A DNA stretch of 64,000 nt from Mytilus californianus (Eukaryota), in assembly GCF_021869535.1 (NCBI RefSeq), contig NW_026262690.1:64232001-64296000 (forward strand). The letters are read 5' to 3'. Within the stretch, counting starts at the first letter, position 1. Every line of letters starts with the position of its first letter. Position numbers and translations under genes: made by a program. This document shows, piece by piece, positions 1-13,963 of this stretch. The notes under the pieces were generated by a model that saw only the letters and a list, made by a program, of their open reading frames with translations, was not told the DNA's origin and searched no databases.

Positions 1-284
1 ATGTCAATCAAAACAGTTCACTTCAATTATTACCTGTGGGGAAGTTCTCAAACCACTTTCCCAACTTAGTTTATTTTGTCACCTTCTGGAGGAATGAAAA
101 AAAGTGCACTGCAAAATCCGGTTAAGTTTTTAATTTTCTAAAACATAAAATATATTTGAATTTTATTTATCTAGGGCATGCTATGCCTTAAAACTTTTCC
201 AGATGCACAGGTTTGTCTGTACTCAGAGTAAATTTTGAGGTGAAAATGCAGCCATTTTAGACGAAGGGTCCACATGAACCTTAA
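1..284. mobile_element. Probable terminus of a non-autonomous DNA transposon (Kolobok-like CC|TTAA end)
   Basis: Ends ...CCACATGAACC followed by TTAA. The other end is outside the window, and the family assignment is from recall only. Confidence 0.3.
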
Positions 285-364
285 GTCTGCCTTTGAAAAA
301 GGAACAAGTCGGCAAGTAGATGGATACAGTTGGTTGCCATTAGGATGTCGTTTTCTATTAAAAA

Positions 365-629
365 GGGGCCTCAGTGGCCGAGTGGTCTAAGTAGTTACTA
401 CTGTAGTCACTAGCCAGTCAACACTGAGGTTGTGAGTTCGAACCCCGCTCGTGCGGGTGCACTCGACTCCAATCTTAATTGACTAGGATTGTCAGTTTTC
501 CTATCGAAGCTCGGTGGTTTTCTCCGGGCACTCCGGCTTCCTTCACCAATACAAACTGGCCGCCACGAAATAGCCCAAAAGCGGTGCTTAAATGTGGCGT
601 TAAAACACCAAAAATAAAAAAATAAAATA
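365..629 (+). mobile_element. tRNA-derived SINE (V-domain-like central core)
   Basis: A box TGGCCGAGTGG, B box GAGTTCGAACC, central GGTTTTCTCCGGGCACTCCGGCTTCC, and an A-rich tail. TATTAAAAA flanks both ends (356-364 and 630-638) as a possible TSD. Confidence 0.8.
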
Positions 630-3027
630 TATTAAAAAACACACCAGGTGCAAACGTAACAAATATGTTGTCAATTAAAAAATACAAGATCTTGATGGTT
701 TAAGTTTCAGTGAACATTTTGTTCGTAACAGAGTGGTTTTCAAACAAAGTATGGTTTGTCACTTCCTAACAATTCACCAAAGATGAGTTTTTGTATTTCG
801 TCAATATATATTAAACATATAATAAAAAAATGACTAAAAAGCTAAAACAAGATATTTGTACCTGCGTTGGCCATTCTGCTTTATGAAGTAAAGTTAAATT
901 AATTCTTTCAATCTAGATCTGTCTTGAAGTTTTTGGAAATTATTTAAAATTAAGGAATGTATCTCCCTCATGCAAAGCTCTGATTCCTTGCCCGGCTTTG
1001 GCTATACTTTTTTGTCTTTTTAATAAGCTTTGGATTTTCAAATATTTTAGCCTCGAGCATCACTGAAGAGACATTGATTGACGAAATGCGCATCTGATGC
1101 AAAAAATTGGTACTGTTTATCTTATTAGACAGATGAATAATAGTGTAAAGAAAAAAGGAGAGTCAAACGTTTTTATACTTTTGCATAAGGAGAAGGACTC
1201 AGATTGTAAGCACATTGTTTCAAATTTCAAAAGGAACACAAAAGCGACCTACAGAAGTTTTCTTCCTTCTAAATTATGATCATTGGTATAAATGAGTTAA
1301 AACGTCCATTGAAAAATTTGAATATAATTATCAAATCTCATTAACAGACTGACCCATTGGTGGCCTTGATATATTTCTGCTCTTTGGTCTTGATACATTC
1401 CCCATTTTCCATCCGCAATTCTATTTGATCAATGAATTGTTGAGAGAAGATTTTAACTTCCATATAGGATAATGCATCGGACCACCTAATGAAAATCTAT
1501 AAAACATAAAACAAAAGGGAAGCGAATGGTTGAAAACGTAATCTGATATAAAAATATATTGATTTGACAAAAAGGATCACATATATTGAAGAAATATAAA
1601 GTTTAAGAATATAAAATATAATGCAGCTATTCTCAGCTTGAATGCTTTCAACAGTACGGAAAAACGACACTATAGTAAGACCATAGTTGACCTTTGCTGC
1701 ACTTTGCTGCACTTTTCAATCAACATGGAGGTCTGCACACAAAACAATTTTCATTTGTAATTTACAGTTTGTTCTAATGTTGTGATGTTCACCACTGTCC
1801 CAGGATCTGCTCATTGTTGACGATTTTAGGGTGATCTATAATTGGTACATCCACTTTATTTGGACTCCAATGTATAGATCTCATTGATAATCATACCACA
1901 TCTCCTTATTTTTATATTAAAAGCATCACCAATTAACTCGCTTAAAAAACCGAAAAACTGCATTTAATACGTTTTCTTTTAGTTCATGTACGGATATAAA
2001 TGAGTTTCTTCAATGCCTGTGAGTACAAAATGGTCATTTATCTTAATAAGACTGGCCAGAAGCTCGGTCAGTATATGAAGTTATATAAGTTGTTTACATG
2101 AAAGTTTGCATTTAAACTCCAAGGTCAGTTTTACTACTATACAAAGGTTTCATGCTGATTTCAACTTTTAAACCTTTAGTATTTGCTGATACAGGCGATT
2201 TAAGAGTGTGGGCAAAATGTAATTTATAATACAGTATATTGAACACAAAGAAATGGTATTAGATTTATAAGCTGTATAAATATTAATATAATTTCCAATG
2301 TCAAATATATAGTAATAACCATCTCCTACAAAGTACTATGTAGATAATTCTTTGCTTATTGAAAGTGTACTAGATACTTTTTTTGTTTTACTGGTTAGAC
2401 TTGCTATCTTTATAATTATGTATTAAATTTAAGTTCAAACGGATTTAAGAAAAAAATACTTCAACTAATTGGATGCAACGTCTTTATTCTGATATTCTCA
2501 GAAACGCACATTTCATGAACTGAATATATCAATTTTTTCCCGATTTCAAACTAATTTTTGCTTTTCCTTTACCGATCGAGGGAGTATGAGTATGTTGAGT
2601 ATGATTATTGTAATTAAAATTTTCAAATATAGGAATTGTTACGTTTGAAATGCTTTCCAACGAGAATTCAGAATAAAAAAAAACTGGTGACAATGAAAAC
2701 ACACGGTGCAATAAAACCACGGAGGTTTATTGACGAACCACTTACCAAACATAACCACTGGCAACATTATGAAATAAGGAAAATATTAACAAATAATTGA
2801 GAGACAAGAATTATACGAAAGGTATTTTGTCAATTCGTTGTGTCCCTTTTCAAGGACAATGTCATACTAGCTTAATTTATCTATCAATAGTATTTTACAC
2901 GCAAAATCGTTACAAAAATGTCACGTATATTCAGGTTTCATTTCTAAGTGATTGTCCCAAAAGACAAACAATTGACAAATCGTTTAAATAAATCAACAAG
3001 GTGACTTGATATCCTATCAGCCTTTTT

Positions 3028-3070
3028 CGTCGGTCGGTCGGTCGGTCGGTCGGTCGGTCGGTCGGTCGGT

Positions 3071-3119
<49 letters not shown>
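3028..3119. repeat. Compound microsatellite (CGGT)n followed by (GA)n
   Basis: Directly visible: about 11 tetramer units abutting about 24 GA units. Confidence 0.97.
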
Positions 3120-3122
<3 letters not shown>

Positions 3123-6100
3123 AGTGGGAGAGTGTCAAAATATTTAAACTGTGTTCGCCATTTCATATGATTAATATCACGTCTATTTTATATGTAAGTC
3201 GCAATGTGTGCTGTCACTTGACGTTGACAATTCTTTTTTTACTAAATGGCACATTTGAGTCATCTCTAGTGGGTGAGTTTCAAAACTATTGTATTACTGG
3301 CGACTATTAAAAATTGCGCCTTGACTAAAAGTAGAATATTTGGTTAAATTCAACAAATATCAATAAATATAAATGAAGTAAAAAATGTTGATGGTTCATT
3401 TGAAAGATATACAGTCTATCAAAAACAGTTTAATATCTGACATAATTGATATAACATTCTTTAAAATCTTCTCCTTACGTCACTTTAGACACGTTCAAAG
3501 TGATTGAGTTAGGAAATATACACACTGTAAGAAGGGGCCAACATGAACATCACTGTCCAAAACAAAAAAGGGAAAATTTATCAGTTGGATAATTCACTTC
3601 AGTCCTTGAAATTAACCATAATCCAACCAAATTCGCAAAGTCCACAGAACATGAAGTTTAGCATTTTCTATTTTAGTTTTTGGAGTGACTTTTGTGGTTC
3701 TCATACGGAAACATAGACAGCCATTTCTGCTTATTCTATTTTGGGATAGCAGGCGACAATCGTCTTCCTTTCAAGACTCACACAATTTTTGGATTAAAAG
3801 TTCTTTCTTTTGATAAAGTTAGTGATCACATTGAATCATCAAAATAAATCATTTGAGTCTTGCATCTAAGTACACATGTTCTTACTTTATACAAGTAACT
3901 CTTATACTTTGCTAATAAATTCTATGGTTAGTTTTTCTCTTTAAATTGTCAAATAAATCAAAATAAACTTTGAGTATTATAAAGTATTATTCCCATGTTT
4001 TGTTCAGGTTAATCATATACATGTAATTATATTTAATTCCCAGACCATCTGTTTTATGAGGTCACTATGTACATTAATTTTTAGGGAAATTACGTTGAAA
4101 AAATGCCAATCCGTTGGAGTTATTTAAACACATTTAATTAATACCCTTCTTTTGTGGAATTATCAAGAGGGTACAATGCACCGACTGCAATATTTTGAAT
4201 CATGTCGAGGATATGTCACAGACACTCACACTAGAAGGATATAGTAGTTGAAAGATTGTTCTAGCTATTATCAAATATATTATATAATCGAACGGTTCAA
4301 ACAGAAGAAGAGTTTTCCCATTTAAATTTGTTGCTTACAAATTTAAACAACGCGTTATTGGCACAACACCAGTAAATCTTTATAACCAAAACAGATTGAC
4401 ATATCTGTATTCCGACAATCTGGATTTGCAAAATAAATTATGAAGAAATGAACGGAATGGAAAGTGTTGTGGGTTAAATGAGATAGCATCCAAATGAAAC
4501 AAATGACAAAAGACATCTTGAGGTCTTTAGCGATTGACAAGTATCAAAATAACATAGAAATCCTTAAATATTGAAATAAAACACAGAAGAACGTACAATA
4601 CAGACAAGTTAAAAAATCACTTAAGAAAATGAAAATAAAACTATATAAATTTTATGTCTGAAGCACTTTTTCTTAATTTACTCTTATCAGGAATTGTCAA
4701 AGCCGAATATTTTGAAACCCAAGAACTTTTAAAACAGTTGAAAAGCTTTATGACAAAAAAGGACATACAATATTCAAGGTCAACTTTGTCTGAGGAAGTT
4801 GGAACCTTAGTTTCTTAATGATTTTTTAATTTATAATTTGTACAATTTATACAATTAAGGAAATTTATGTAATACATCATGTCAGTAACTCTACAATCTG
4901 ATAAAATAAGAGCAAACACACGTTATAACATATCAAAGAAATGCTTGCAATAACTGGGTACACGGTCAAAATATTTGTACTTGTGTTTTGTCATTCATTA
5001 TACCTTTATGTACAAGTAAGAGGTTTTTTCTGAACTTATGACTTCTTGTACTATCTTCGATGTACCTTTCGGTTGTCCAAGAATAGCGATAAAAAGCCCC
5101 ATCCCCCTTTTCCAACAAAAAAAAAAAAAAGAAAAGAAAAAAAAAATTAAATAAAAATTGGAAACAATAGATTAACTCTGAAACATGTTAATGTTCCGTT
5201 TCAAAGTAGGATACCTCGTATTTCTGTAGTTACTAGTATTTTGGGCGTTATTTGTCCTTAAAAAAAATGGTGTTAATGCTAGATCTTGGTAGTCTCTATT
5301 AAATGTATTCACAATTTTGTCAAGAATCGAGACGATTTATATTCTGACTTATAGTATAGAAACCTGTATACTAGTGATGATCGTATTTGATTTTGATTTT
5401 TCCGTTGTTGGTTGCTGTCTTATTGACATATTCGCCAACTCTTTTTTATTAATAAAAATTCAACCCTTTACAACTGGTCATAGAGTCGACTAAGGCGGCA
5501 CTTAAGCTGCATTTGTCTTAGAAAAAAAGATTGTATTGATTTCGTGTTAAGATCAAAACCACGAATACGTGCTGTGTTATCCTTTCCTTGAATCTATACA
5601 ATCCGTATAAACATACGAGGTGATATCAAAGCAAGAACTAAAAAAGGTCAATGTAACATTTTTCAGGTTTTCCTAAGACATAAGTGCAGTCCTAGACAAA
5701 ATACGCATTTGCTTAATTCCTTGTAATAACTTGTCTGACCGGTTTACAAAACTTTCACTTTGTTTGTTTAAGAATTACATTAAAATAATATTTTGCAACT
5801 GTTTCAAATATAAAATTCTGACAACAATATCAGATTTCTGTGGCATTTTCTGGACAAGGTCATTTACAATATTACTGTTTATACTTGGCATGGGGTATGT
5901 CAATTTGACGGTATTGAATTTTATATAGTGAAAATTTACTTCACTTTACGAATTTAACAATGAGTCTTTTAGCGAAATCTGTCTAATTAAATAGTTAAAA
6001 ATCTTTTTTCAAAATAATTTAAATACTTAAGTTAAAAGTCCCCAGCAAAGGAATATGACATTTAAAAATCAATATACTACTGTTCTTCAATGTTAAACTG

Positions 6101-6789
6101 TTAATGTGACCTTACCTTGCAAGCTGTTTTGCTTTCGACCTTCTTTTTTTTTTTGCATTTGCAAAATGTGTTTTTTTATTTTCGTTTTTACAGAAAACCA
6201 CCCATATAAACTAATTTTTATGATTCTCACATTCATAGTTATTAATGTAAATGATATCAACGGTAAAAGACTGTTTTTTGAAGAAAAAACATCCCTCACA
6301 AGGGACATTTTTCTTGGCCAAATGGACCAATTTCCCATGCAGTCACATACAAAATAATATTTACGGACCGGAAACTCAAGATAACAGCTAGAAGTAAATT
6401 CATTTTCCGCTGCCTTGTAAATTAGAGAAAGAAAATCGAAATAGTTAGAAATGAATGTCGGCTATTTGTGTAACTATAGCGACAATTTTTGCAGAAAACT
6501 CTTTGTGATGAACTGAATTCTACACATACATTTTTGCAAGGGGTGTTTTTCATTCATACTACTTTGCAAAGTCCGGAGTCACACAGTACCTTAAAAAGGC
6601 ATTTTTTTTTACAAAAAAAGCTGCGGAACCATATGTTATTCGGATTTTTTCACACCCAGAGGTGTTGAAAATTCTGAATATATCTTTTTGTCGACGGATT
6701 TTTTAATAATGAAAACGCAGAGACAAAAATGCTACTACTGTCGCCAATGCAAATACTTACTTTCTTTTAACTTAAAAAGACAAGCTGAG

Positions 6790-7010
6790 TCTATACATAG
6801 ACTGCATGACCACCGAAAAAAACCAACACCAATGCCTCTTATCTAACAAATCAATTGCCGTATGCCTTAAAATGAAAAAAATGAAAACCACACGTTATAA
6901 ATTTCATGCGTCCTAAGCGCTTTTCTGGATTTATCTTCACCAGGAATGCTCAATGCCAAATATTTGAAAGCCAAGGATGTAATATAAGAATCGAAACAGT
7001 GTGCAATATA
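6790..7010 (+). repeat. Dispersed repeat family B (AAGCGCTTTTCTGGATTTA..CAGGAA.GCTCAA.GCCAAA)
   Basis: Related copies occur at ~940-1125 (minus), ~4640-4930 and ~38720-38930. Confidence 0.65.
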
Positions 7011-8790
7011 GTTATTAGGATGGAAACCAATTTTTAGTCAAATCCTTTTACCTTATTAATAGATCAATTATAAATACACCGCTTCAAAGGGAAGCACAAT
7101 TCAAAAGTCAAATATGAAATGACAAAAAGAGGAACATTATTTCAATTTATTTATAACAATAGTTATATACTTTTTATAAAAAAAATCATAATATATACAA
7201 ACTTTAAAAATGTTCTAGGTAAAACGAGGGAGACTAGAGAGTAAAATAGAATTACCAAACAGTTTTCAAATGCAATGCGGTCTGCAATGTATACGATTAA
7301 ATCCGTTGAAATTTTTTTGTATAATACACAGTTATTCATCAAACTTGCTTATCAAACATATTTAAATCCATCTGAATCTTCTTTTGATTGTAAGAAAAAA
7401 ATCATCACTATGTTTTGATATATATGTATATATCGATATTGATAATATCGATATTGATAAATCAATAATCTATGAATATAAGAAAAACACCAAATAATTC
7501 CAATTCTATTATTCCATAATATACTCAAATAAAACTATAATATAGTCAAACACTGAAAATTGCACTGAATATCCTAAAAAAACTCATCGCTAGTCCATTT
7601 ACAGAATAAAAATGATAGAACACAAACAAAATATAATATATATGTACATTAACCCCCTGTAGTTTTCTAAATTGAACAAACGGATACTATTACAACACCT
7701 ACCAGGATAACCAGCTAGATATTTACCACCTTTAGTCAATCAGTAGGTATATACATTGTTTTTGATCAGGCAAATACACCTTTTGTTTGAAGCCACGACG
7801 GTGATATTCGAGAGTTTCTGTTGGGCTAATAATATCTGATAGTCTAATAAAATGGAAACGAGTAATTCGATATATTTTGATGGTAAAATTATTCAATAAC
7901 CCCACTTGGACTATCATCGGCATATAGTTTCAGTAGAATTCCAGTTTAAGGTCAGACAGTGGGCCCTCATATAATGAGAATCCACAAAACAATCTTCATT
8001 CTATTTATACATATATAAACCATATTACATGTAAATTCTATCGGAGTTTGTAGAATCTACCACTTTAAATAGAAATTTTCGTTTGTGAACGGTATGTAAT
8101 TTGAAAACCCATTTATGCAGAAAATGAAGTGAAATTTGCACATCTACATGGCAAAAATTACCATCTAAATATTGTACCCATATGTTTTTAATCAGACACC
8201 AACGAATGTACATGTTCCATCGTTTAAAAATCACTGCCTGAGCTTAATATGCAAGCAATTTTATACTTATGTCAGACTTCTACTTTTATCAATTATGAAT
8301 TCCTTCATATGTTCAACAGACAACATACACAGTCTGCACTGAAAGGCATGTTTGTTAAAGTTGAGCAATGACATATGCCAATGGAACTCAAATTATTAAG
8401 CTATAATATTTTTGAAAAATGAGATCGGACTATGAAATCATCGAAAACTATTTTTAAAAATACAGTACATTGAAAAGATTTTCTCCTCCCATTTATCATG
8501 CTACCCTCCGTGCAAGGTAGAAACTAACGAGAGGAAAAGAGGAATTACAAAAGAAATTCATTTCAGGGGTATTGACTTATAATATAAGCTTTTTGACACT
8601 GAAAATTCAACATAGCATAACATTCGTGTTAGTTATTCTGTTTCAAAACAATAATTCATACGAAAACATAAAACGATGTTAACAAAATGTTGTTCTCTTC
8701 CAACACCGTATCGTATTACTATTATGTCTGGAGAAAAACTCGCCTATCGAAAAGTAAATATTTAGAAATTTCAAAATACTTTCCTATTCC

Positions 8791-8944
8791 TACCACATAG
8801 AGTGATTTGGACATATACGTAGTAACTCCAGGGGGGTAAATTTGATATTAACAGTGTGCACGAAAAAACAAAAGCATTATTTCTTTGCAGGGGATTTTAG
8901 GAACAATGTAATTATCCGACCGAACGACAAACGATCTATAAAAG
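8791..8944 (+). promoter_or_regulatory. g1 core promoter (TATAAAAG at 8937)
   Basis: TATA box 89 nt before the ATG, with ACCACA and CTCCAGGGGGGT motifs shared with paralogue promoters. Confidence 0.6.
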
Positions 8945-9025
8945 GGACATAGATTTTAACTATCTCTCATAACGACTATCTACTTACTCGTAATACATAT
9001 AAAGACTTGAAGAACAACTTCGAAA

Positions 9026-9833
9026 ATGGTTTGCAACGAGAACACTGTTTCCTGTGCCGTTGTTGGTGATGGAATGGTTGGCAAGACATGTCTTACTAAA
9101 AGATTTGCTGGAAGCCAGTTCTCTGAACAATATGTGGCTACAGTTGCAGAAACATCCAGTGGGTCTGTTTCTGCGTACGGTGACAAATACAGCGTCAATA
9201 TCTATGAGGTAAATATCTATCTTTTTAATAAAACATAATGCGTTTGTGATTGATTAATTATAGATAGATCTTTAAAATGAAAATTTTTTAACCAATTTTA
9301 AATTTTCATCAAACTAGATATCAAAAGTTAACTAATTGACTTCTCATCAATAAGATGAAATATTTTATTAGACAAATATGAAACCAATGTTAGCTTTTTC
9401 ACCAAACTAAATATTCACAATATTATCAAATTACTTATGATTTTTCTCTTTATCTTTTCAGCATGAAGATCAATCAGCAAGATCCAAAACAATAACAGAA
9501 TCTGACGTCATTGTTGTGTGCTACAGTGCAGTTGACAAAGAATCATTTGAAAACGTCAAATCTTTTTGGATTCCACTTGTCAGAAAGCTCAATAAGAAGA
9601 AACCAATTGTTTTAGTTGCTACCCATAGTGACATGCGTGATGAAAATAATACCGACCATGTGTCAGACTCTGCAGGACAAAACTTCATGAAATCAATAAA
9701 TGCTGACTATTACAACAAATGTTCTGCTGCTACAAATGAGGGAGTACAGAATGTCTTCGAAAGCGTCGCCTGCGCCGCTATTAGATATAGAAAAAAGAAA
9801 ACCAATGTGCTTAAACGTGTTTTCGCACGATGA
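9026..9833 (+). CDS. g1: atypical Rho/Cdc42-like small GTPase lacking the G3 motif (184 aa; exons 9026-9208, 9462-9833)
   Basis: P-loop GDGMVGKT, switch I YVATV, G4-like VATHSD, G5-like KCSA. Donor GAG|GTAAAT at 9208/9209 and acceptor TTTCAG|CAT at 9461/9462 join in frame (phase 0) into an uninterrupted ORF ending KRVFAR*. Confidence 0.92.
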
Positions 9834-10309
9834 ACTTGAACTTATCTCTGCCCTGAGATAAACCTATATTTTACACATCTTGAAAAAGTGTTTAGAATAG
9901 CAAAAAACTTGCTGTAAAAAGACTTTGAGATAGAGAGAGTTGGAGATGGAATGTACCACTGGTGTACATTCCTAAGACGGATTCAAATACTGCTGTCGCA
10001 TTACAGTGATTGAGATGGAGAATAAGTAGTTCCGGTGATTTTCAAGGACACAAACTTACAAAAACAATATGAAATCAGTCATGATGATGAACTTAGAGAA
10101 AATAACTAATTTAGTGAAAAGACACAAACAATACTTGTATATGATTGTAAAAATAATAACAGTTTTTACTCTAATTTATGTTGTAAAAATAAATTATCTT
10201 ACATGAAATATATTTGTTCTGTTAACCATTTACTTATAATATATTGAAGGGATGACATGTAAAAGTTGTTACAATCAGTAAACTTTTGATAAAAATCGAA
10301 GGAAATATA

Positions 10310-10455
10310 TAAATAAGAAGATGTGATATGATTGTCAATGAGACAGCTCTCCATAGGAGACCAAATGACACAAAAATTAACAATTATAGGTCACCGTACG
10401 GCCTTCAACAATGAGTAAAACCCATACCACATAGTCAGCTATAAAAGGCCCCGTA
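10310..10455 (+). repeat. Dispersed repeat family A (AGAAGATGTGGTATGATTGCCAATGAGACA..), insertion shared with the g2 unit (~17528-17674)
   Basis: Absent at the homologous position behind g3, g4 and g5. Further copies lie at ~1830-1915, 10888-11008, 28450-28497, 38265-38340, 42110-42200, 50590-50690 and 53250-53310. Confidence 0.8.
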
Positions 10456-11390
10456 TACATTTTGAAACAAAATAACAATGTTACTGGGTAACACGTTTTA
10501 ATTCAAAAGAAAATAAGAACAATCATTGGATACATCAAATCGATAAAGAAGAGACAACATCATGAATACTTAAAAAAAGACGAAAAGACAAACAAAAGTA
10601 CAAAAAAACTACAGAATAAAATTAAGGTTGTGGAGGTGATGGTAAACGTTTGTGCTCCAAATGGTTAAGCAATTCCTGTCAATATCCACTAGTTTTTATT
10701 ATGTTCGAATTAATTGTGCTAAACACTTTCAAGACAAGTTTTAAATTCATGCCATTTTTCAACACCTATGTCAAATGTTCATGTTTTAGGCATAAAAGAA
10801 GAGATCAAAGATGCAAAGCTGAAATTAAAAACTCAAAAGCGGAGGAGAAACTGACAACGTCATGGCAGAAACGAACAAACGACACATAGACAAACAAGGC
10901 TCCGTGCTGAAGGCCGTACTGTGACCTTTAATGGTTTACTTTTACAAATTGTGACTTGGATGGAGAGTTGTCTCATTGGCACTCATACCACATCTTCTTA
11001 TATCTATAAACAACAAATCAAACCATTACATAGAAAACTAAAGATTGAGCAACACAAACACCGCCAAAAACCGGAGATCATCTCGAGTTATGTGTATCCG
11101 ACTTATATCAGTCCTTCATCTTTCTGTGCCTACCTGGTTCTAGGGATACTTCTAAACTTCTAGTGACATTGGTTTACTTTCAATTTATCTTACGTTTGTG
11201 AAGTCAAATATAAGTGATTGTGCTCATTCAAAATCATGAAATCTTTGTAGTGGACAAAATCTCTTTAAAAGAGAACACATTTTAATATGAATTAATAAGT
11301 ATGTGCCCTTTGAAATGGAAAATTAGATGTTGTGGAAGCTGGAATCAACACGTTTTGTCTCCAAATGTTAACGAAAGAAATGCAAAAAAC

Positions 11391-11735
11391 CGCCTGCCTT
11401 TAAGAGAATATAATATAACTTGATCGCTCTGTTTCTTCTATTGTTTGACAAATATCTCCTGCAAAGTGACTATTCTATTGTTTGTAAATTTGCATGTTTG
11501 TGATCGTATTAGCCCCCTGGAGTTCTACGTATTTGACCATTTCACTGCTTGTGGTTGGTAAATTGATATTGTTTTATTTATTCCATTTTTAGTTGGTATA
11601 TTTGACACTTTTGTTTACTTTAAGTATCATATATTTAAACTGTAGACAATCTTAAGCCCTAGTATTAGTATTGACAAACTAATAAAAATTCTCTCTTTTT
11701 CAACTAACTACTAGATACTAGTTATTTCTGTTTAT
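11391..11735 (-). promoter_or_regulatory. Orphan inverted copy of the g5 promoter (no gene body; TATA mutated)
   Basis: Colinear with 37127-37460. The TATA position reads CTCTTAAAGG on the minus strand instead of CTATAAAAGG. Confidence 0.75.
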
Positions 11736-13249
11736 ATGTTTATTTGAGATAGAATGTATAAAATGTGTTAAATATATGATAACACAATTAAATACACAAA
11801 GTAAAGACAGATCCAAGAAACAAAAAATAATACTTATGAAGATATTCAAAGTAAACTCTCAAAACTTTTATGTAACAGTTTTAACAGTAATAATAAAAAA
11901 AATGAGAATGGAAATAAAAGAAAATAGCAGGTTTATAGCAATAACAAACCATATGTCTTTAGAAAATACCAGATCAAACGTCAGTTCAGAAAACATAGAT
12001 AAACAAAAGATTTATCAACATTTACAATATCAAAGATAAGGTTAAATTCAGTTCCTACTTCACTTATGGCACATGTTGTATTGCTCAAGATAGGTGATTG
12101 TAAGTTATAAATGCAGGAAAGAATATGGGATCACGGCTACGAAAAATAAAACATGTCTGGCGTCAACAATGTACTCTTATTCTGAGGCAGCAAAAACCTT
12201 CTATCACTGAAATCTTAAGCTTTTTCAGGGAGAAACACAAGCCATTTAACTAAAATTTTCCATACAGTTACTGCCTATGTTGCTACTTAAAGATGAAAAG
12301 ATTCTACTGGGAAAACTGTCTTCCTTTTGTCGATAAGGTTTGTTCAATGTCAAGGAGTCAACACGAAAGTCAGGATATGATGCCGATATTCGTCAATTAC
12401 GATATAGAGGAACATCAAGGATAATGTTATCTTCTTTTCAGTTATCCAGAAAAAAAACCTGTATGGAGTAAGCCTCAACAAAACGGAAAGGAAATGAATT
12501 CAGATAATCCTAATAGGAATTTCAATTCCCGTTTAAAAACACGTCGGTCAAAAGAATTAATTTATATATTAAAAAATTATATAAACTGTCATCATTTTCC
12601 ATTCTGTTTTGTCGGTCTTTCATCTTGCATAGCAGAAAAGTGGTCTGTTCTGAAATTAATCGACAATATTTTTTTTCGTTTTGTGAAATTTCTTACTGAG
12701 TCTGATTTCGCATGGCAGGTGAGTCCTACATAGCAGAAGATCCTTACCGTGTCAACGCACCGGTCTCGTTTAATTTTGTAATTCATTTGATACTCTAAGG
12801 GTTCTTTTAATCTTGGTTTGTGCATTCAAAATGGATTTACGGTTTTTTGATCATCAGTAAACTACTGCTGCTACCTTTCCCTTTAACTATGACCAAAACG
12901 CATAACATCTTGTAGGCTAGAAAAGAGCCGATATTTCAAAGGAAAAAAAATAACGGCCCGATGTTATGTAGCGTAGTTTTAACTGTACGAGGGTCATTAA
13001 AAATGGAAAGGGATGATTATGTAGGGCCAACGTGATTAAGACAGCAACCTAAGAAACAAATTCAGACAGAATAGACATATGGAGGTCATCCCAAGGCCTT
13101 CGATGCCAAAGTCCAACCATTTAGCTCTGTCTTCTTAGTCTCTTTCGCAGTTAATTTCTAGTAAATAAAATTGAACAACTCATATTCATGGGACAATACA
13201 CCATAAAAGCCAAAAGATCCCAAAAGAGTATTCGATAGACATAAGAACT

Positions 13250-13963
13250 TGAGATAAAGTAATACAACAGATACAGTTAAGTCTGCCTTATATCTTGACT
13301 TAGATCTAGACATTGACAATGAGGGTCGGTTGAAAGCAAAACTCTTCGACAAAAGAGATGATTCTAGCTTCCCAAATGGGAACTTTCCATTTCTATGTAG
13401 CAACATTCCAGCAGCGCCTGCATACGGAGTATGAATATCCCAGTTAATAAGTATTCCGGAGCTTGCATTTCCTAGCATGATTTCCTTGATAGTGGGTTAC
13501 TGCTCACAAGGAAAATATTTAACCAAGAGTTCCAAGTGGTGAAGTTGAAATCATCCCTTTGTACATTTTACGGACGCAATCACGACTTGATTGACCGTAA
13601 TGGAATATCTGTTTCACAGATGACGACAGATATGTTCCAAGCTACAATCCCGTCCTCTTTTCCCCGAATGTGACATTCCAAATTAGCCTGAATACCGAGT
13701 TGGTACTTACAAGATTAACACGACGGGTGCCACATACGGAGCAGGATCTGCTTACCCTTCCAGGAGTACCCGAGATCACTACAAGTTTTTGGTGGGGTTC
13801 ATGTTGCTCAGCCTTAACTTTTTTATGTTTTGTTTTTTGTAGTGTTGTTATCTGTTTGTCTGTTTGTCTGTTTGTCTGTTGGTGTTTTTCTTTTTTAGCC
13901 ATGGCATTGTCAGTTTATCGACTTATGACTTTGAATGTCCCTTTGGTATCTGTCGCCTCTCTT
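13250..13963 (+). mobile_element. 5'-truncated Penelope-like retroelement (RT thumb fragment plus 3' UTR), inserted only in the g2 unit
   Basis: Decayed frame reads LEIK..YLDLDLDIDNEGRLKAKLFDKRDD..NFPFLCSNIPAAPAYGV. The homologous empty site is present in the g4 unit (~30525-30540). Confidence 0.8.

Noticed and set aside
365-450. tRNA gene
   Set aside because: A and B boxes are present, but there is no complete cloverleaf or acceptor stem, and the sequence continues into a SINE core and A-rich tail.
9209-9461. Hidden microexon restoring TxGQ in the G3-less genes
   Set aside because: Both junctions are phase 0 and the introns of g1-g5 contain no GG on the coding strand, so no Gly codon is available. 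The single GG in the g6 intron is not in a GQ context.
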